Origin: the human T2T-CHM13v2.0 reference genome, Homo sapiens
Length of the DNA: 64,000 nucleotides
NCBI RefSeq assembly: GCF_009914755.1
Contig: NC_060928.1
Strand: one strand, 5' to 3'
The notes under the pieces were generated by a model, which saw only the letters and a list, made by a program, of their open reading frames with translations, was not told the origin of the DNA and did no database searches. Positions 61,888 through 64,000 of this stretch are shown piece by piece. The position numbers were made by a program, and so were the translations under genes. Position 1 is the first letter of the stretch; each line of letters starts with the position of its first letter.

Positions 61888-62320
61888 CCATCCACCCACC
61901 CATCCATGCAATCACTCGTTCATCTCCCATCTACCCATTTATCCACCCATCATCCAGTTAGCCATCATCTGTTCATTTCTCCATCCATTCATTCATCCAT
62001 ACGTCTTTCCATTCATCCTTCCATTCTCCCAGGCATTCAACTACTATCCATGCATCCATCTATCCATTCAGTTACCCATCCATCCATTCATCTATCCATC
62101 CACCATCCATCTATTCATTCACCATCCATCAATCTATCCATCCATTCACCTATCCATCTATCTACCCATCAATTCATCCACTATCCACCCACCCATCTAT
62201 CCATCCATCCATCTACCCATCCATCTATCCATCCACCATCTATCTATTCATTCATTCACCGTCCATCCATCCATCCATCCATCCATCTACTTATCTACCC
62301 ATCTGTCTACCCATGCACCT
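61888..62320. repeat. Degenerate (TCCA)n array, about 0.43 kb, in the opposite orientation to the intron 11 TGGA arrays
   Basis: Direct reading: ccatccatccattcatctatcc... Confidence 0.95.
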
Positions 62321-63591
62321 ATGTATCATGAAGCTGCAGTGGTTGCACATCCACCTGGGCTTGACAACAGGGACTCTTGTCTGAAGGGTCAGAGCCAGGA
62401 TCTTGATCAAGACAAAGGATTTCATCTCATACCATCTGCACGCTGTAGGTGCCATGGGTGGGTGGCCCTTAGAGAAGGGTATTTTCTTTCAAAGCACTAA
62501 TGAAATGGGCCTGTGCATGATCAACTTCTGAATGCTTATTCAGTGGCAGAGCCATCTGGGAGAATTTGGCCCTGAGGGCAAGAGGGGGGATCAGCCTTGG
62601 GGAGACAGGTACCCCCAGCACCTTGGCAGCAATGCCACTTTCACAGACGCATAGTGTAGCCTGAGGGAGCTTCACAAGTAGCAAGCTGGATGAGGCCACC
62701 CCTTTTAGGGATCTCCTAAAAGGTTGCCCAGGGCCTCTCTCCAGCCTCGTGCCACACCCGCTCCTCCTCCAGGCTCAGACCCACCCTAGGGCCTTTGCAC
62801 ATGTTGTTCCCATGGCCTGGGATGCTCTTTCTTCTCCTGCTCATCCTCCCATTCTCGCTGAAAGCCCCTTTGTCAGGGTCCAGGTCCCCAGGGATGCCCC
62901 AGCCAGCGCCATCACAGCTGTGGTTTCACTCTGACGTGATCTGCTCAGGTCCGCCTCTGCCTCTCCACTAGAGGGTCTGCTCTGCACAGCATCTAGGGGC
63001 TGCATGCGATCACCCCCATTCCCACTACCTGGCCCATAATAGATGCTCAGTAAATAGGTTTCTCATGAACGCAGTGATTAGTCACGAATCGCCCAATCCA
63101 GGTCTCTCAAGGGAACAGGGAGACGGAGCCCAGGAGGAGGGGTGTGTGTGCCCATGGTTACGGCCACACTGTGAGCCAGTGGCGAGGTGGAGGCAGGACC
63201 CCAGGCCCTCTTGGGCACTCTGTCCTCCACCTTTCTCAGCAAGACCGTGAAATTGAAACTGGCTGCTTAAACAGCCCCTCTGCAGCACTAACGGTGGCTG
63301 TTACTGTTACTGTGAGTAATATGATCAGACCACGGAGATGCCAGCGCCTCCGAAGCACATCCTGCCACCATCAGTCCTTCTTCCTCTGAGCCTCAGTGTT
63401 CTCATCTCTAAAATGGGGCTGTAACAGCAATCAGGTGGAGTCAGGAGGTGACTGGGAGTTAGCAAGTAGAGTCCTAGGGGTGGGAAGCCAAGTGCCACCT
63501 CTGGGTGGCAAGCACGTCCCTCCCCAGACTATGGGGCCCCATCCCTTGCCACCTGTCTGAAGCGGACCCTGACCCTCTCTTGTCAATCCAG

Positions 63592-63763
63592 GTACCGGAA
63601 AGTGGTGTCCAACGTGTGTGAGGGTGGGGTGGACATGCAGCAGAGTCAGGTGCAGCTGCAGTGCCCCCTCACGCCGCCCCGGGGCCTGCAGGTCAGCATT
63701 CAAGGCGAGGCGGTGGCCGTGCGGCCTGGAGAGGACGTCCTGTTTGTGGTGCGGCAGGAGCAG
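63592..63763 (+). CDS. SORCS2: SORCS2 exon 18 (172 nt), end of 10CC and start of PKD-like domain
   Basis: tgtcaatccag|G TAC; encodes YRKVVSNVCEGGVDMQQSQVQLQCPLTPPRGLQVSIQGEAVAVRPGEDVLFVVRQEQ; donor CAG|gtgagt. Confidence 0.98.
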
Positions 63764-64000
63764 GTGAGTGAGCACCTCCCAGCAGGCTCCTGGGACTGTC
63801 GGGCAGGGGCGGCTCCAACTGGGCACGCAGAAGGCACGGTGAGGGTGTCTCCTCCACCTAGAAGTGGCTCAGGGCATCGTCATCAGCCAGCCTGTCCAGA
63901 CTGAAGGAGGCAGCAGGGGGCTGGAAATCCGCTTCCCGAGTCGAGACCAGCATTTAACAATGAAAGAGACATGAAGGAGAATAGAGTAGGACGTAGGGGG

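Overview
This is primate, most likely human, genomic DNA lying entirely inside SORCS2 (VPS10-domain receptor) on the + strand. Thirteen internal coding exons (exons 6-18 by recalled numbering) have canonical AG/GT boundaries and join into one open frame of 1537 nt. They encode the C-terminal part of the VPS10 beta-propeller (Asp-box repeats), the 10CC domain and the start of the first PKD-like domain. The introns hold three Alus, old L1/MaLR/LTR/MER/MIR/L2 relics, long (TGAG/TGAA)n and (TGGA)/(TCCA)n arrays, 27-bp and 33-bp VNTRs and two local duplications. Nearly all ORFs in the supplied track are artefacts of GC-rich or repetitive intron DNA. I see no prokaryotic-type system, CRISPR array or RNA gene, and cannot claim a new biological system. 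The best leads are RNA-processing hypotheses: a stop-containing cryptic exon abutting a TDP-43-type UG array, an in-frame 30-nt cassette exon, inverted repeats that could drive circRNAs, direct repeats flanking exon 15, a recursive-splice-like exon 12, and a tandem CAGATG E-box cluster. All are inferences from motifs. Repeat family calls are by eye, not by RepeatMasker.
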